Shown in pieces: positions 1-9,692 of a stretch of DNA of 64,000 nt. The stretch's first letter is position 1, and every line of letters starts with the position of its first letter. The translations under genes and the position numbers were made by a program. A model generated the notes under the pieces. The model was not told where the DNA came from, ran no database searches, and saw only the letters and a list, made by a program, of their open reading frames with translations. The stretch lies in the sequence record NC_010821.1. One strand, written 5' to 3'.

Positions 1-2
1 TC

Positions 3-212
3 GACGGGGTACGCTATCTTAGTAATGGTGCACTATTGGTGGATTCCGATAATAAACGTTACGCTGTTTATATCTCGGATACGAAGCCAGATTATATCTT
101 ACCTTACGCGATACATGTATCGTTTAAGGCTGCACCAGATAACTATTACTTCACCCAGTCTATGGATCTACCTTCGGACCATCCGTTCCTTCAGGCGTTT
201 AAACGCGTCTAA
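3..212 (+). CDS. 3' end of a gene truncated by the window start (…DGVRYLSNGALLVD…HPFLQAFKRV*)
   Basis: Frame 3 is open from the window edge to TAA at 210-212 and is followed directly by a terminator hairpin; not in the ORF track because it lacks a start. Confidence 0.7.
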   Translation, partial: DGVRYLSNGALLVDSDNKRYAVYISDTKPDYILPYAIHVSFKAAPDNYYFTQSMDLPSDHPFLQAFKRV

Positions 213-216
213 CTTA

Positions 217-255
217 GCGGAGCCAGTGGCTCCGCTTTCTACCCCTTTCTTTTTT
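217..255 (+). terminator. Rho-independent terminator
   Basis: AGCGGAGCC-agt-GGCTCCGCT 9-bp stem followed by a T-rich run. Confidence 0.75.
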
Positions 256-263
256 GGTGACCT

Positions 264-668
264 ATGGCAACTTCAATACCAACACTGGGCATCACAGGTT
301 GGATTAACGACCTAGCGGCTTCAGCGGACTATATGCTAGCCTGCTATATTACCGCGAACGTTTACGACTCCGTATTACATTACGGACAAAATACTACAAT
401 GCAATATACATTGAAGACATTTGCCAACAACATGCAGGCCATCGAAGAACGCATGCATGATGACCTATTGGCTAAATTCCAAGTAGTCTTTGGTGACTCA
501 GCTGAAGTTACAGTTGAAGTTGACACTGAAGATGACAACAAACCAGACCAATACACCATTCGTTTTACGGGTACAGTGTATGATGGCTCTACCGCTTATG
601 TGGTGGGTCGTTTAGTACAGTATGAAAACGGACGTGTGATTCGAATTGCTAAGATTAACAACGGGTAA
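264..668 (+). CDS. Conserved phiKZ-like protein, possibly gp25-like baseplate/sheath initiator
   Basis: 134-aa ORF with phage-typical codon usage; size and beta-rich C-terminus resemble gp25-like proteins (inference). Confidence 0.55.
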   Translation: MATSIPTLGITGWINDLAASADYMLACYITANVYDSVLHYGQNTTMQYTLKTFANNMQAIEERMHDDLLAKFQVVFGDSAEVTVEVDTEDDNKPDQYTIRFTGTVYDGSTAYVVGRLVQYENGRVIRIAKINNG

Positions 669-673
669 TTAAA

Positions 674-1180
674 ATGATCGATACATCCCCTAATGGTCAA
701 TTGGATCGTCTTGCACAAGACGTAGCTTATATTAAGATGGAACTCACCAAACTGAACAAACGTCTGGATGAGTCAGATACATTTACTCTGAAGATTCTTC
801 ATACTCTCAAGCGTGGTGAAGAAACCTTTGATCTACGTATTGCTCGTTCACAATACAATCTGTTTGCAGGTCTTGCTCATTCGCTTGAACATTCCATTGA
901 AGATTTCACCAGTCGTCTACAGGCACGTCAACGAGGTTTTGAAGTACACGTCGTTGATGGTAAAACTGTTCTGGAGAACTCGGATACTATTCAAGTGGCA
1001 CGTGTGACTGAAGATACCTATGATTACTCGCCTGCGGCCACACCTGACGAGATTAACAATGTAGGTACTGAACCATTCACTAAGTATTTTAATGAACACC
1101 CTGAAGTGTTTGGTGATCGCAAGGTTATTCTGGTCAACATTCTAACTGAACAACTACCTGAGGTTCCTGTAGATGTCTAA
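674..1180 (+). CDS. Hypothetical protein, N-terminal coiled coil
   Basis: 168-aa ORF tightly packed in the operon. Confidence 0.7.
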   Translation: MIDTSPNGQLDRLAQDVAYIKMELTKLNKRLDESDTFTLKILHTLKRGEETFDLRIARSQYNLFAGLAHSLEHSIEDFTSRLQARQRGFEVHVVDGKTVLENSDTIQVARVTEDTYDYSPAATPDEINNVGTEPFTKYFNEHPEVFGDRKVILVNILTEQLPEVPVDV

Positions 1181-1778
1181 ACCTAATTACCTTAACGGTA
1201 TGTTGGTAGGATATCAAGAATTGGATCGGGCTATTAACGACATCCTTGCTAACGATGAACGGCAAACACCGGTCGTTGGCGAAGATGTTTTTATTAACCA
1301 CATCATTCCTATTCTCCAGCAACCATGGAAAGAAGAGAACCTTCGCAAGTACGGACGTTATGTAGTTGAACCTACACAAGCCCTCCGTGTAGCAGGTGTG
1401 CGGGATGGTAAGACCGTTGTACTATTTACCATTCCACCATTGATGGGTCGAGTTGATACCACATCGCCAGTCGTTAGCGGTATTACCGTTAACCAGTTGG
1501 TTGAGTATGCATCTATTATGCGTGCTCGACACACCGGTGAAAACGTCGATGGCAACGTTACAGAATACTTGCATCAAATCACTAATCAGATTCCACCAGA
1601 GCAGAAAGTTCTGGTTCCCATTGGCGCCATCTTGGGAGTTTATGGTAAGACCTTCCTAGACGACATGGGTCATCCACTATACTCACTTGAAGGCGTTCCT
1701 AATCAGGTTACGGGTGAACTACCCCGTGCCACTGATGAAACTCAGTTTGTAAGTGCCGGATATATTGATGAAGACTGA
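1173..1778 (+). CDS. Conserved hypothetical phiKZ-like protein
   Basis: 201-aa ORF overlapping both neighbours. Confidence 0.75.
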   Translation: MSKPNYLNGMLVGYQELDRAINDILANDERQTPVVGEDVFINHIIPILQQPWKEENLRKYGRYVVEPTQALRVAGVRDGKTVVLFTIPPLMGRVDTTSPVVSGITVNQLVEYASIMRARHTGENVDGNVTEYLHQITNQIPPEQKVLVPIGAILGVYGKTFLDDMGHPLYSLEGVPNQVTGELPRATDETQFVSAGYIDED

Positions 1779-2913
1779 CCAGACTAAAAAGCCTGGTGTG
1801 TTTAGCTATATCAGTCTTGGCGATGTTCACTTAGGGCATCGCCAGACACCTGCTACCCACATCATTCGCAACTTGAACCGCCTGATCCATGACGAGTTAT
1901 TGAAGACCCTCGATGCGATCTTTATTACCGGTGACCTTTTTGATCGACAGCTTAATAATGGTGACGACGATGTTCACGCTATTAACCGCTGGATCACTTT
2001 TCTGATGTTCAAGTGTGCTGCGTATGATGTCCACATTTATATCGTGGAGGGTACGCCAAGCCACGATCGTATGCAATCTCAATTCTTTGTTGAGCAGAAA
2101 GTTAACGCCAATATTCCAGTTAACCTACATTACGCCAAAGAGCTAGAGATTGTGTACAACGAGCGCTTTGACGCTCATATTCTTTTTGTCCCTGATAAAT
2201 GGCATCCATCCACAGCTGTGACGTTATCACAGGTTAAAGAACTGATGGCAGCCAAGGGCTTAGAGCAAGTTGATTTCGCTATCATGCATGGTGCATTCAG
2301 CTATCAATTACCCTCAATCGTAGAAGAGCCTACCCACGATGAAGTCGAATACAGAAAACTTGTACGGCACCAGATTCTCATCGGACACGTACACATTCAA
2401 ACCGTTACAGAAAAGATTTACGCCGCTGGATCTTTCGATCGTATATGCCACAATGACGAGATTCCAAAAGGAATGTTCCTTTTCAATGTTAGACAGGACG
2501 GCACTTTTGATGCACAATTCATCGAAAACAAGTGGGCTAAGCAATACGTCACGTGGGATGTCCACGGCCTCGATACCAAAGAACTTAATCATGCGGTTAA
2601 GGAACGGATCAAAGGACTTCCACGCGGTAGTTCGATCCGACTTAGATGCGACCCAGGCGACGTAGCCAATGGTGATATCGATTCGTTCCGTAAAGAATAC
2701 CCGGAACAGGATTGGCAGATCACTGTGGAAAAAGCTACTGCTAAGAAGAATACTGTAATGGAATCCATTCGTAACTTCGATATGTCAGAGTTTGTTCCTA
2801 TCACCAAAGACAACCTGCTTGAACTACTGCTGTACGAACTGGAAACCAATGGGCACTCTGAGACAACTGTAGAACGTTGCGCTAAGAGATATACAGATTA
2901 CATTAAGGGTTAA
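1768..2913 (+). CDS. sbcD: SbcD/Mre11-like metallophosphoesterase nuclease (phiKZ gp65-like)
   Basis: Calcineurin-like motifs GDVHLGH, ITGDLFD, GTPSHD, MHGAF, GHVH; ATG at 1768 preferred over the track start. Confidence 0.85.
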   Translation: MKTDQTKKPGVFSYISLGDVHLGHRQTPATHIIRNLNRLIHDELLKTLDAIFITGDLFDRQLNNGDDDVHAINRWITFLMFKCAAYDVHIYIVEGTPSHDRMQSQFFVEQKVNANIPVNLHYAKELEIVYNERFDAHILFVPDKWHPSTAVTLSQVKELMAAKGLEQVDFAIMHGAFSYQLPSIVEEPTHDEVEYRKLVRHQILIGHVHIQTVTEKIYAAGSFDRICHNDEIPKGMFLFNVRQDGTFDAQFIENKWAKQYVTWDVHGLDTKELNHAVKERIKGLPRGSSIRLRCDPGDVANGDIDSFRKEYPEQDWQITVEKATAKKNTVMESIRNFDMSEFVPITKDNLLELLLYELETNGHSETTVERCAKRYTDYIKG

Positions 2914-2916
2914 GCA

Positions 2917-3741
2917 ATGGATCTCATTGAAAGAGAAATTGGGAAGATACCCGTTAGTATCGGAACATCTCTTGCCTTTGAGGGTTACTTAGACATCCAC
3001 CCAAACCAACCTAAGCAACCAATTGACGTTAAAACGGTTAAAGAGATTTGGGTCAACCTTAGAACGTTGGCCCGTAATCTATGGCAAGCTGTACCCACCG
3101 CAGAGGTAGCGAACTTAAACCCTGCGGGAGCAGTGGATGTTCTAATGCAGGAGGTACAAACCATTCCCGTTGCGCTCGCCCAATATGGAGCCAGAGCTAA
3201 AGTCCGCTATTACATCACAGGTAAAGATGCGATGAAGTGGACTTTCCCTAATGCTACATTCAAGCAAGCCAAAACGCCAAAACAAATGGCATATGAAGTT
3301 TACGAACGCTATGCAGCGATTGAGTTGTATAAGCGAATGAAAGACGAAGGTATGGCTGTTATTCTGATCGATCGGAAACCGCCTCCTAGTGACGGTACGG
3401 TTGCTCTACTAACACACTACCCTTCGGATCTTTTGTGGAAAGAACATTTCAATCGTTTACTATTGTTGGAATCACATACCGGTAAATTGAAACCGTGGAA
3501 TATGTGGTACACCAAACTACAGAACATCTCTGAAGACACACCGATGCCCTTTAACAAATTTACGTTACAGGTATTCGGTGACAACGTGGACCTAGTTCCA
3601 CAACCACGTAATATCATCGGTCAGTTGAAGCAGATGGCTACCTCCAAACGATGGAGTCCTGTTACTACTGAAGCCAAGATGTACCATGACATTCAGTCTG
3701 GTAGCAAAGAACTTAAAGAAGCCTACGCCAAATTGAGATAA
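2917..3741 (+). CDS. phiKZ gp66-like protein; possible degenerate FEN/T4 RNase H-type fold
   Basis: Synteny between SbcD and ChmC; segments LLTHYPSDLL, LLESHTGK and QVFGDNV recall T4 RNase H spacing. Confidence 0.65.
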   Translation: MDLIEREIGKIPVSIGTSLAFEGYLDIHPNQPKQPIDVKTVKEIWVNLRTLARNLWQAVPTAEVANLNPAGAVDVLMQEVQTIPVALAQYGARAKVRYYITGKDAMKWTFPNATFKQAKTPKQMAYEVYERYAAIELYKRMKDEGMAVILIDRKPPPSDGTVALLTHYPSDLLWKEHFNRLLLLESHTGKLKPWNMWYTKLQNISEDTPMPFNKFTLQVFGDNVDLVPQPRNIIGQLKQMATSKRWSPVTTEAKMYHDIQSGSKELKEAYAKLR

Positions 3742-3808
3742 TACTCGTAAGCTTATCATACGTAGCACTTTCGCGAAGTGTATATTTTTTAAAACTCTGG
3801 AGTTAACA

Positions 3809-4552
3809 ATGTCGCAACAACAAAACTTTCCTGCACCAACCCTGAACGTCTTTTCCGTTATGTCGAACTGGATGTTTGCTGACCCTGTCGATGGGGCACA
3901 GAAACGTCCGAGCATGCGAGTAGGCGTATTTGGTAACGTGCCGCGTATCACTGTAAAAACTAACCTACCAAATGACCTGAACCATGGTAAGATTGATTTC
4001 AACATGGATCTGGCTACCTTCGCTGTAGGTATGGCTTACCTGCAAGATCTGGTTGAAGGTAAGGATGTTCCACAGGAACAGAAGTTTGAATATCAGGACG
4101 ATTTCGTTGCTGGTAAGAAACTGGACAAGATCATTACCCTGTCTACTTGGGTAATTGGTAAAGCTGCTGATGGTCGTATCTATATGGCGGTTATCAGCTC
4201 ACAAGCTCAGCGTCCACGCATCCGTTTCTTCTTCGGTCCTACCAAGTACCACAACATCAAGAATGGTGACGGTTCTCAAGTCGGTACTGATCTGATCTCG
4301 GCAGCTTACGCTCGTGGCTTTGCCCGTAGTTCGGAACAGCTGGTCTACATTCTGTTGGGTGGTCCATCTTTCGACCCTAACGCTAAGAACGTTGCTAACC
4401 CTGCCAACTTTGGTGGCGGTGGTGGTAATGGCGGTGGCCAAGGTGGTGGTTTTAACAAAGGCGGTAACGGCGGACAACGTCCACAATACAGTGGTGGTAA
4501 TCAACAAAGTCAACCTGCCGCTGACACAGAACTGGCCAGCTTCGATTGGTGA
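3809..4552 (+). CDS. chmC: ChmC-like nuclear-shell-associated RNA-binding protein (phiKZ gp67-like)
   Basis: Immediately upstream of the gp68-like gene; about 200-aa beta-rich domain plus G/N/Q-rich disordered tail (GGGGGNGGGQGGGFNKGG…ASFDW), as described for ChmC. Confidence 0.7.
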   Translation: MSQQQNFPAPTLNVFSVMSNWMFADPVDGAQKRPSMRVGVFGNVPRITVKTNLPNDLNHGKIDFNMDLATFAVGMAYLQDLVEGKDVPQEQKFEYQDDFVAGKKLDKIITLSTWVIGKAADGRIYMAVISSQAQRPRIRFFFGPTKYHNIKNGDGSQVGTDLISAAYARGFARSSEQLVYILLGGPSFDPNAKNVANPANFGGGGGNGGGQGGGFNKGGNGGQRPQYSGGNQQSQPAADTELASFDW

Positions 4553-4563
4553 TAATCTAAAAA

Positions 4564-4598
4564 CATCAGCTATCTTGATTCGTCAGGATAGCTGTATG
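4564..4598 (+). terminator. Hairpin of the CATA…TATG family after ChmC
   Basis: CAGCTATCTTGA-ttcg-TCAGGATAGCTG 12-bp stem with one G-U, flanked by CAT and TATG. Confidence 0.65.
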
Positions 4599-4630
4599 CC
4601 CCAATCGTCGGTTTAGGGTTAATACAAAAT

Positions 4631-4655
4631 ATTTGAGATTTATATTACTGGTGTG
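4631..4655 (+). promoter_or_regulatory. Early (virion RNAP) promoter
   Basis: ATTTGAGATT-TATATTAC-TGGT-GTG; TATATTAC is the established phiKZ early motif; lies upstream of an nvRNAP subunit gene. Confidence 0.8.
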
Positions 4656-4678
4656 TAGTATATAGATGAGGATTGACT

Positions 4679-6262
4679 ATGGAGTTTTTTGTTTCCAATG
4701 TACAGGGCGCAGGTTTTACAGAAGTATCCGTGAAGCACGGCGATGAAGTATTAACTTGGTCAACTAGAACTTACAGTAAGGTACAACTAGCCAACCCTAA
4801 TCGGGTGTTTAATGAACTGAATGGTTTTCTACAAACACTACCGCCTGCTACGCACGATAAAATGTTCACGAGTTACAGTGAGATCAATCGACTGTTTCGA
4901 ATGGGCTTTGAACCGCAGCATCTGGTTAACACACTGGTTCACCACATCGAGGAGATCTATAAGTGTCTTCCGATGAATGCACTACGACGCTGGTTGTTGA
5001 CTATAGGTAACATCTATATTCCAGCTGACACACAAGATACGATCACACAGGACTCTCGCTATAACAAGCGTGGTCAGACTTATCTCAAATCAGACTACAT
5101 TAACCTTGCAACTGTTGCCATGGCACTGCAAGCAATGATTCCAGTTTGGGGTGAGTATATCGATCAGTGCACTGACCAAGAACTCTATAAAGAGAACTCG
5201 GTTGTTGGACTGGTACATCGCTGTGAACTAACGAACTGGCCACTCAATGAAACCGATGCGATGGGTGAAGAGATCCCAACCGCATGGGAAAAATTGGATG
5301 ACTATATTCGTTATCGAGTTGAAGATGAGCCTAACACACTGCCTCGGCAATGGGCTGGCCAATCCGCAACCGACGTTCGAGTGTTGCTGCATTCCAAAGT
5401 ACTGGTACGTCGCCTGACGATCATTCCTCTTAACGATCACTCCAGTCACTCTATCGTATCTAACATCTTCAGCTATGTGCGTACTAACGTATCTCCAGCT
5501 GAACGAAGTACCGCTGATCGGGTAGCTAAGAAACAACCTGAAGGTGGTTCTAGCATGGATGACGAAAACAAAACGTCGTTCATTGAATCTCATAAAACAA
5601 CTAGTCGAATTAGTCCTGGTGACGTTACGATGTACAACCTGGAGGCTAAGGACTATGTAATGTTGGCTGAGACTGTAGATCCAACGATCTGCAAAGATAA
5701 ACTGGCACAGTGTATTAGTTGTATTGACCATGTAGCGCAGATTGAAATTCGTCCACATCAGATCCTGCTGGCACAATGGGTTATGGCAAAAGCATTTCCT
5801 GCTCGAGCATTCTATCATATCTCCAAGCTACCAGTGAACTATCTGTTGGCCACGACCCAAGCATTGTTGTGGCATTGGGGTTTTAAAGACGCTGCAATCA
5901 TGATGCAAGTTGAGCCAGTGATGTACGGTGAACATGGTTCTACCACGCAGCTCACTCAGGCACGACAAGGTTCTCGTATTGCTAACCGGTTCCGTCCACA
6001 ACTGGATGAACTGTTCCCGCATATGAAGCTTCAAAAGACCCCGCAGAATGGGTCTGAAACACCTAAGCCAGAAAACATGGCAGGGCTGGCTATCAACAAC
6101 TGCAACCATTCGATCCGCGGTTCCAACTGGGTCTATCATGGACCGATGCGGCTGTTTGAAGAAGCTGGGCAGATCACTCATAACCGGGTACTGATTATCC
6201 CGCAGACCATCAAACATACGCTCACCGAAGTTGTAATCCATTTGGCACAGATCAACCAGTAA
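4679..6262 (+). CDS. Non-virion RNA polymerase specificity subunit (phiKZ gp68-like)
   Basis: About 527 aa, early promoter, GAGGA RBS 6 nt before ATG 4679, position directly before the gp69/gp70/gp71-73/gp74 homologues. Confidence 0.75.
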   Translation: MEFFVSNVQGAGFTEVSVKHGDEVLTWSTRTYSKVQLANPNRVFNELNGFLQTLPPATHDKMFTSYSEINRLFRMGFEPQHLVNTLVHHIEEIYKCLPMNALRRWLLTIGNIYIPADTQDTITQDSRYNKRGQTYLKSDYINLATVAMALQAMIPVWGEYIDQCTDQELYKENSVVGLVHRCELTNWPLNETDAMGEEIPTAWEKLDDYIRYRVEDEPNTLPRQWAGQSATDVRVLLHSKVLVRRLTIIPLNDHSSHSIVSNIFSYVRTNVSPAERSTADRVAKKQPEGGSSMDDENKTSFIESHKTTSRISPGDVTMYNLEAKDYVMLAETVDPTICKDKLAQCISCIDHVAQIEIRPHQILLAQWVMAKAFPARAFYHISKLPVNYLLATTQALLWHWGFKDAAIMMQVEPVMYGEHGSTTQLTQARQGSRIANRFRPQLDELFPHMKLQKTPQNGSETPKPENMAGLAINNCNHSIRGSNWVYHGPMRLFEEAGQITHNRVLIIPQTIKHTLTEVVIHLAQINQ

Positions 6263-6276
6263 GAGGTACGCAATAG

Positions 6277-7950
6277 ATGTTTAACATTAACCAGGGCGCA
6301 ACAGTAGGTAATTCGCAAGTACGCTTTGAACCTAACGGTTTCATTGCAGTACAGACCGGCACCTATCAAGCACAATGTCTACGACCGTTTAAAAGTAATA
6401 CCAACGAGGCAGTAGTTGGTGCACTGCGTCAAGCTACTCACGATGGTCTTAACCTCGGCGTAGCAGCCGTGCAAGAGATCGCCTCTGATGTTATTGTTCC
6501 ACAAGCTATGGTCGAAGGTGAGGTAATGATTCCTCACAACTTCACCTCGGCACGATTCCGCCTGATGTGTCGTGTAAACGAATCGCATCCTTTCATTCAG
6601 GGTACCACTACCCAGCGAGTCTTCTTCGGTTACTCCGACCATTGTGACGTTGCAATGGGTGGTAAGCATCTGCCTGATGACATGCGGATTTACTTCAACT
6701 CTGAAACGATTATCCAAGAGTCTATCGTGCCAACTCCACATGGGCCACAGACTCAAGCCCGTATCATCGGATCTAACCAAATCATTTCCCCAGTCAACAT
6801 GATGGGTGGCAATAATGGGATGTTCGCTCGACCAAGTAACTTCTTGATTCGTCCTGAAGATAACTTTAACTTGATGCAGACTAAAGCAGTTGCAAAGAAC
6901 CTGCAAGAGAATGGTCTGGTTGATGTTAAGATCGATACCTCCTACGACTATCGCACGATGGTAGGTGAAGGTGGCTCGTTCAAGTATTCGATGCGTAAGG
7001 ACACTTCTCCAGTTCGTTATCTGTCGAGTTCGTTGGGTGCATATCAACATGCGCGTTCCGAATATAACGACACCATGCGTGATTCGGATACATTGCTGTT
7101 CAACAAAGGTTCTGATCCAACCGAGACACTGCTTGGCGAAGCGGCTAACATGTGTCGTAACCATGCAATCCAATCGAATACCTTCCTGGGTATTCTGCGT
7201 GAGCATGCTGGCTTCATGGAACGTGGCTATGTAACTTGGAAACGTTTGAAAGAACTGTTCCCAGAACTGTGCCATCCTGAAGTTGCTAAGTTCGCTATGA
7301 ACGATGGCACCACCCAGCGTAAGGTCGTTTCCCAAGCGCACCAATCGCAAACGTTCAATGGCGCTGACAATAAGTCCATCGCGGTGGCACTGTTGTCTCA
7401 GGCTATTCCATCGATCATGATGGATACGTTCTTCCGTCAAGTGTCCTTTGCGGTAACTAACGGTAGTGGTCCAAACGAATATCTGTTCGAGATCTTTCCG
7501 AATGGTACCCAGAGTATCATCCGTAACTTCGACATGCGTCCGTACATTCAACAATTGGAACGTCGCGTTAAAGTAGATATCCTGAACAATATCTCCCGTG
7601 GTAATCAGATCCCATTCCGTATCAGCTGTAGTTCGGACTTGGCTGGTGAAACCATTATGGACATCTCACTGGGTAATGATCCAGTAGAGCGTTACGTTGC
7701 ACCGACTTTCGCAGATAGTCTGTTCTCACCGGTGATCACTCGTAACCAAGAACTCTCCAATGAGATCGCTAACGATATCACGTGGCTGGTTCGTAAGGTT
7801 ATTGATGGTGACGCTAGTCGTCAACCTGAGATCGATATGACGCAAGTCTATACTCCTTATCAGCATCCTGTAGCACCAGCTGCACAGTTTAATCCTCAAG
7901 CACTTAATACCGGAGCACAAAACAATGTCGCAAACCTTGGCCTCCTATAA
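6277..7950 (+). CDS. picA: PicA/Imp1-like phage-nucleus protein import factor (phiKZ gp69-like)
   Basis: 557-aa ORF between gp68-like and gp70-like genes in the conserved chimallivirus block; assignment by synteny and size. Confidence 0.7.
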   Translation: MFNINQGATVGNSQVRFEPNGFIAVQTGTYQAQCLRPFKSNTNEAVVGALRQATHDGLNLGVAAVQEIASDVIVPQAMVEGEVMIPHNFTSARFRLMCRVNESHPFIQGTTTQRVFFGYSDHCDVAMGGKHLPDDMRIYFNSETIIQESIVPTPHGPQTQARIIGSNQIISPVNMMGGNNGMFARPSNFLIRPEDNFNLMQTKAVAKNLQENGLVDVKIDTSYDYRTMVGEGGSFKYSMRKDTSPVRYLSSSLGAYQHARSEYNDTMRDSDTLLFNKGSDPTETLLGEAANMCRNHAIQSNTFLGILREHAGFMERGYVTWKRLKELFPELCHPEVAKFAMNDGTTQRKVVSQAHQSQTFNGADNKSIAVALLSQAIPSIMMDTFFRQVSFAVTNGSGPNEYLFEIFPNGTQSIIRNFDMRPYIQQLERRVKVDILNNISRGNQIPFRISCSSDLAGETIMDISLGNDPVERYVAPTFADSLFSPVITRNQELSNEIANDITWLVRKVIDGDASRQPEIDMTQVYTPYQHPVAPAAQFNPQALNTGAQNNVANLGLL

Positions 7951-9250
7951 CGCCATTCTCCCAGCATTCAGCATCGTAGCTGATGACGATGGTCGACTGA
8001 GCCAGAAAAACCCACTCGGTACTCTGGCTCCATTGAGTATCGGTGGACAACGACTGGTACTCCCTTCTAAGGCTTGGCTGAAGAAGGGGTTCGGTGAAGA
8101 CCACGTACCGTTCCACCCACTGTGTGAAGTAATGTCTCGTGAAGGCACTTCCCCAGTAATCCAGCTGCTCCAGCGTCAAGCTAAAGCGGTAATCTCTTAC
8201 AACGTATTCAGTCTGCTGCAAGGACTGATGAAAGTTGCAGTCGATAAAGAATCTCACAAGGATCTGCCAATCGAATGCACTGACTTCCTGAAGAAGCTGA
8301 GTAACGCTGACAAGACCACTGCTGAACTGCTGGACAAACTGTTGTCCGCCGCTACTAAGAAGAACCGTCTGCTGACTGTTTATCTTAAGAATGGTGGTAA
8401 GTTTGATGGTAAGAAAGTTAACCGTTCGGCGATCATTCGATTCCCGATCATGGAAGACCTGCAAGCCGATCAAACCAACACTAACGTACTGGGGGTGACG
8501 ATTCCTAAGAAACAGCGTCCTACCCTGATCGCTCTGTTCAAGTTGGTCCTGCCATTCGGTGATAACCCAGAGGAATATTCCTTTGGTACCGTAGCCCGTG
8601 TAGCACCATATTACACTGCACTGCTGACTGCATATCACAAGATCGCTACCGTGTTGAATCAGTCGATCAATACGTATGGTGAGAAGCTTAACATCCCTGT
8701 TCGTCCAATCGAATTGTTTGATCTGGACTGCATCGATGAGTTCTCCAAGATCTATAACGAACTGCCAGCATTGAATGGTAACGAAGGTACCACCAAAGAG
8801 CAGGATCTGGAAGCGAGTGAAACTGTTGTACCGAAGAAGCAGCTTCGTGCTACTGAAACGGTTGCGCAGGTAGCCCGTAATGAGAACAAGCCTGTAGAAA
8901 CGCTGACCGAAGCATTGGTAACACGCGGATCTAATGGTGCATCGATGGACGACTTCATGAAAGCCATCAATCCACAGCCTCAGTTTAACCAGTATCCTCA
9001 GGCAACTCCACCGTCTAATGGTTATTTCCCACAAGGGCAATTCCCACAGCACAACGGTTTCAATAACGTAACCGGTTACGGTAACAATGGCTATCCGACG
9101 CAACAACCTCCAGTTGGTAACCCATATGCACCGATTCCAACGGCTGCTCCATGGGAACAACAGCAACAAGGTAGCTGGGGTGGTGGACCAGCTAACCCAT
9201 TCATGGCAGCTACTGCCACCGGTCGCGGTAACGGTATGGGTCTGATCTAA
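7925..9250 (+). CDS. Conserved chimallivirus core protein (phiKZ gp70-like) with Q/N/P/G/Y-rich tail
   Basis: 441 aa, synteny, low-complexity C-terminal ~90 aa. Confidence 0.75.
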   Translation: MSQTLASYNAILPAFSIVADDDGRLSQKNPLGTLAPLSIGGQRLVLPSKAWLKKGFGEDHVPFHPLCEVMSREGTSPVIQLLQRQAKAVISYNVFSLLQGLMKVAVDKESHKDLPIECTDFLKKLSNADKTTAELLDKLLSAATKKNRLLTVYLKNGGKFDGKKVNRSAIIRFPIMEDLQADQTNTNVLGVTIPKKQRPTLIALFKLVLPFGDNPEEYSFGTVARVAPYYTALLTAYHKIATVLNQSINTYGEKLNIPVRPIELFDLDCIDEFSKIYNELPALNGNEGTTKEQDLEASETVVPKKQLRATETVAQVARNENKPVETLTEALVTRGSNGASMDDFMKAINPQPQFNQYPQATPPSNGYFPQGQFPQHNGFNNVTGYGNNGYPTQQPPVGNPYAPIPTAAPWEQQQQGSWGGGPANPFMAATATGRGNGMGLI

Positions 9251-9254
9251 ACGG

Positions 9255-9298
9255 CATAAGCTGGGGTCTTCGGACCCCAGTCTATACCTTCTTTTTTA
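9255..9298 (+). terminator. Terminator between convergent genes
   Basis: CTGGGGTC-ttcg-GACCCCAG (9261-9280), preceded by CATA and followed by a T tract. Confidence 0.8.
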
Positions 9299-9307
9299 CG
9301 CGGGTTT

Positions 9308-9673
9308 TTATGACCGACGAAGCGTCATGTAGTATTGTTGGATCTCAGCTATTGCGTTAGGGTGTGGTTCCAGTAACTTAGGAATACTGCCGTCGGAATA
9401 GACATCTCTTAAAGATGCACCAAACTGTTGCGGGTGAGTCATGCCATTGACTCGTAACATAACCCAAAACATTTCCGCCCGGTAACCTTTATATAGAAGG
9501 AAGCCATAGAAATCACTTTCAAACTGATAATACTCATCACCAGTGATATCTTTTGGTATGGCATAGATCGTTCTTAATTGAGGGAGATGCATTTCGATAA
9601 TGTGTTGGAACAAAGGTTCGTAGAACATACTTGGTCCAGGTTTAAGCATCTGATTAACAATAGTAAATGCCAT
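9308..9673 (-). CDS. Small virion protein, possibly T4 gp53/LysM-like baseplate component
   Basis: Motif YQFESDFYGFLLYKGY…FWVMLRVNGMTHP resembles gp53-like proteins; GGAG RBS 6 nt before ATG 9673. Confidence 0.55.
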   Translation of the reverse strand: MAFTIVNQMLKPGPSMFYEPLFQHIIEMHLPQLRTIYAIPKDITGDEYYQFESDFYGFLLYKGYRAEMFWVMLRVNGMTHPQQFGASLRDVYSDGSIPKLLEPHPNAIAEIQQYYMTLRRS

Positions 9674-9682
9674 TGGAGTCTC

Positions 9683-9686
9683 CATA
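9683..9686 (-). promoter_or_regulatory. Candidate late (nvRNAP) TATG promoter
   Basis: TATG on the minus strand overlapping the GGAG RBS of the 9308-9673 gene; a 4-mer, so weak on its own. Confidence 0.4.
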
Positions 9687-9692
9687 GATTTT

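Noticed and set aside
25-315. 96-aa ORF in the track
   Set aside because: It runs through a terminator and overlaps the frame-3 gene end (3-212), which has better codon usage and a correctly placed stop
345-352. TATATTAC inside the 264-668 ORF
   Set aside because: It lacks the upstream ATTT and downstream GTG seen in all five intergenic copies, and is explained by Tyr-Ile-Thr codons
4408-4500. GGT/GGC tandem triplets, also at 60210-60240
   Set aside because: They encode Gly-rich linkers and are not independent DNA repeats
6379-9169. Long antisense ORFs (391 aa and 421 aa) opposite the PicA-like and gp70-like genes
   Set aside because: Both are in exact codon register with the sense genes; avoidance of TTA/CTA/TCA codons in highly expressed genes removes antisense stops; no RBS or protein-like motifs
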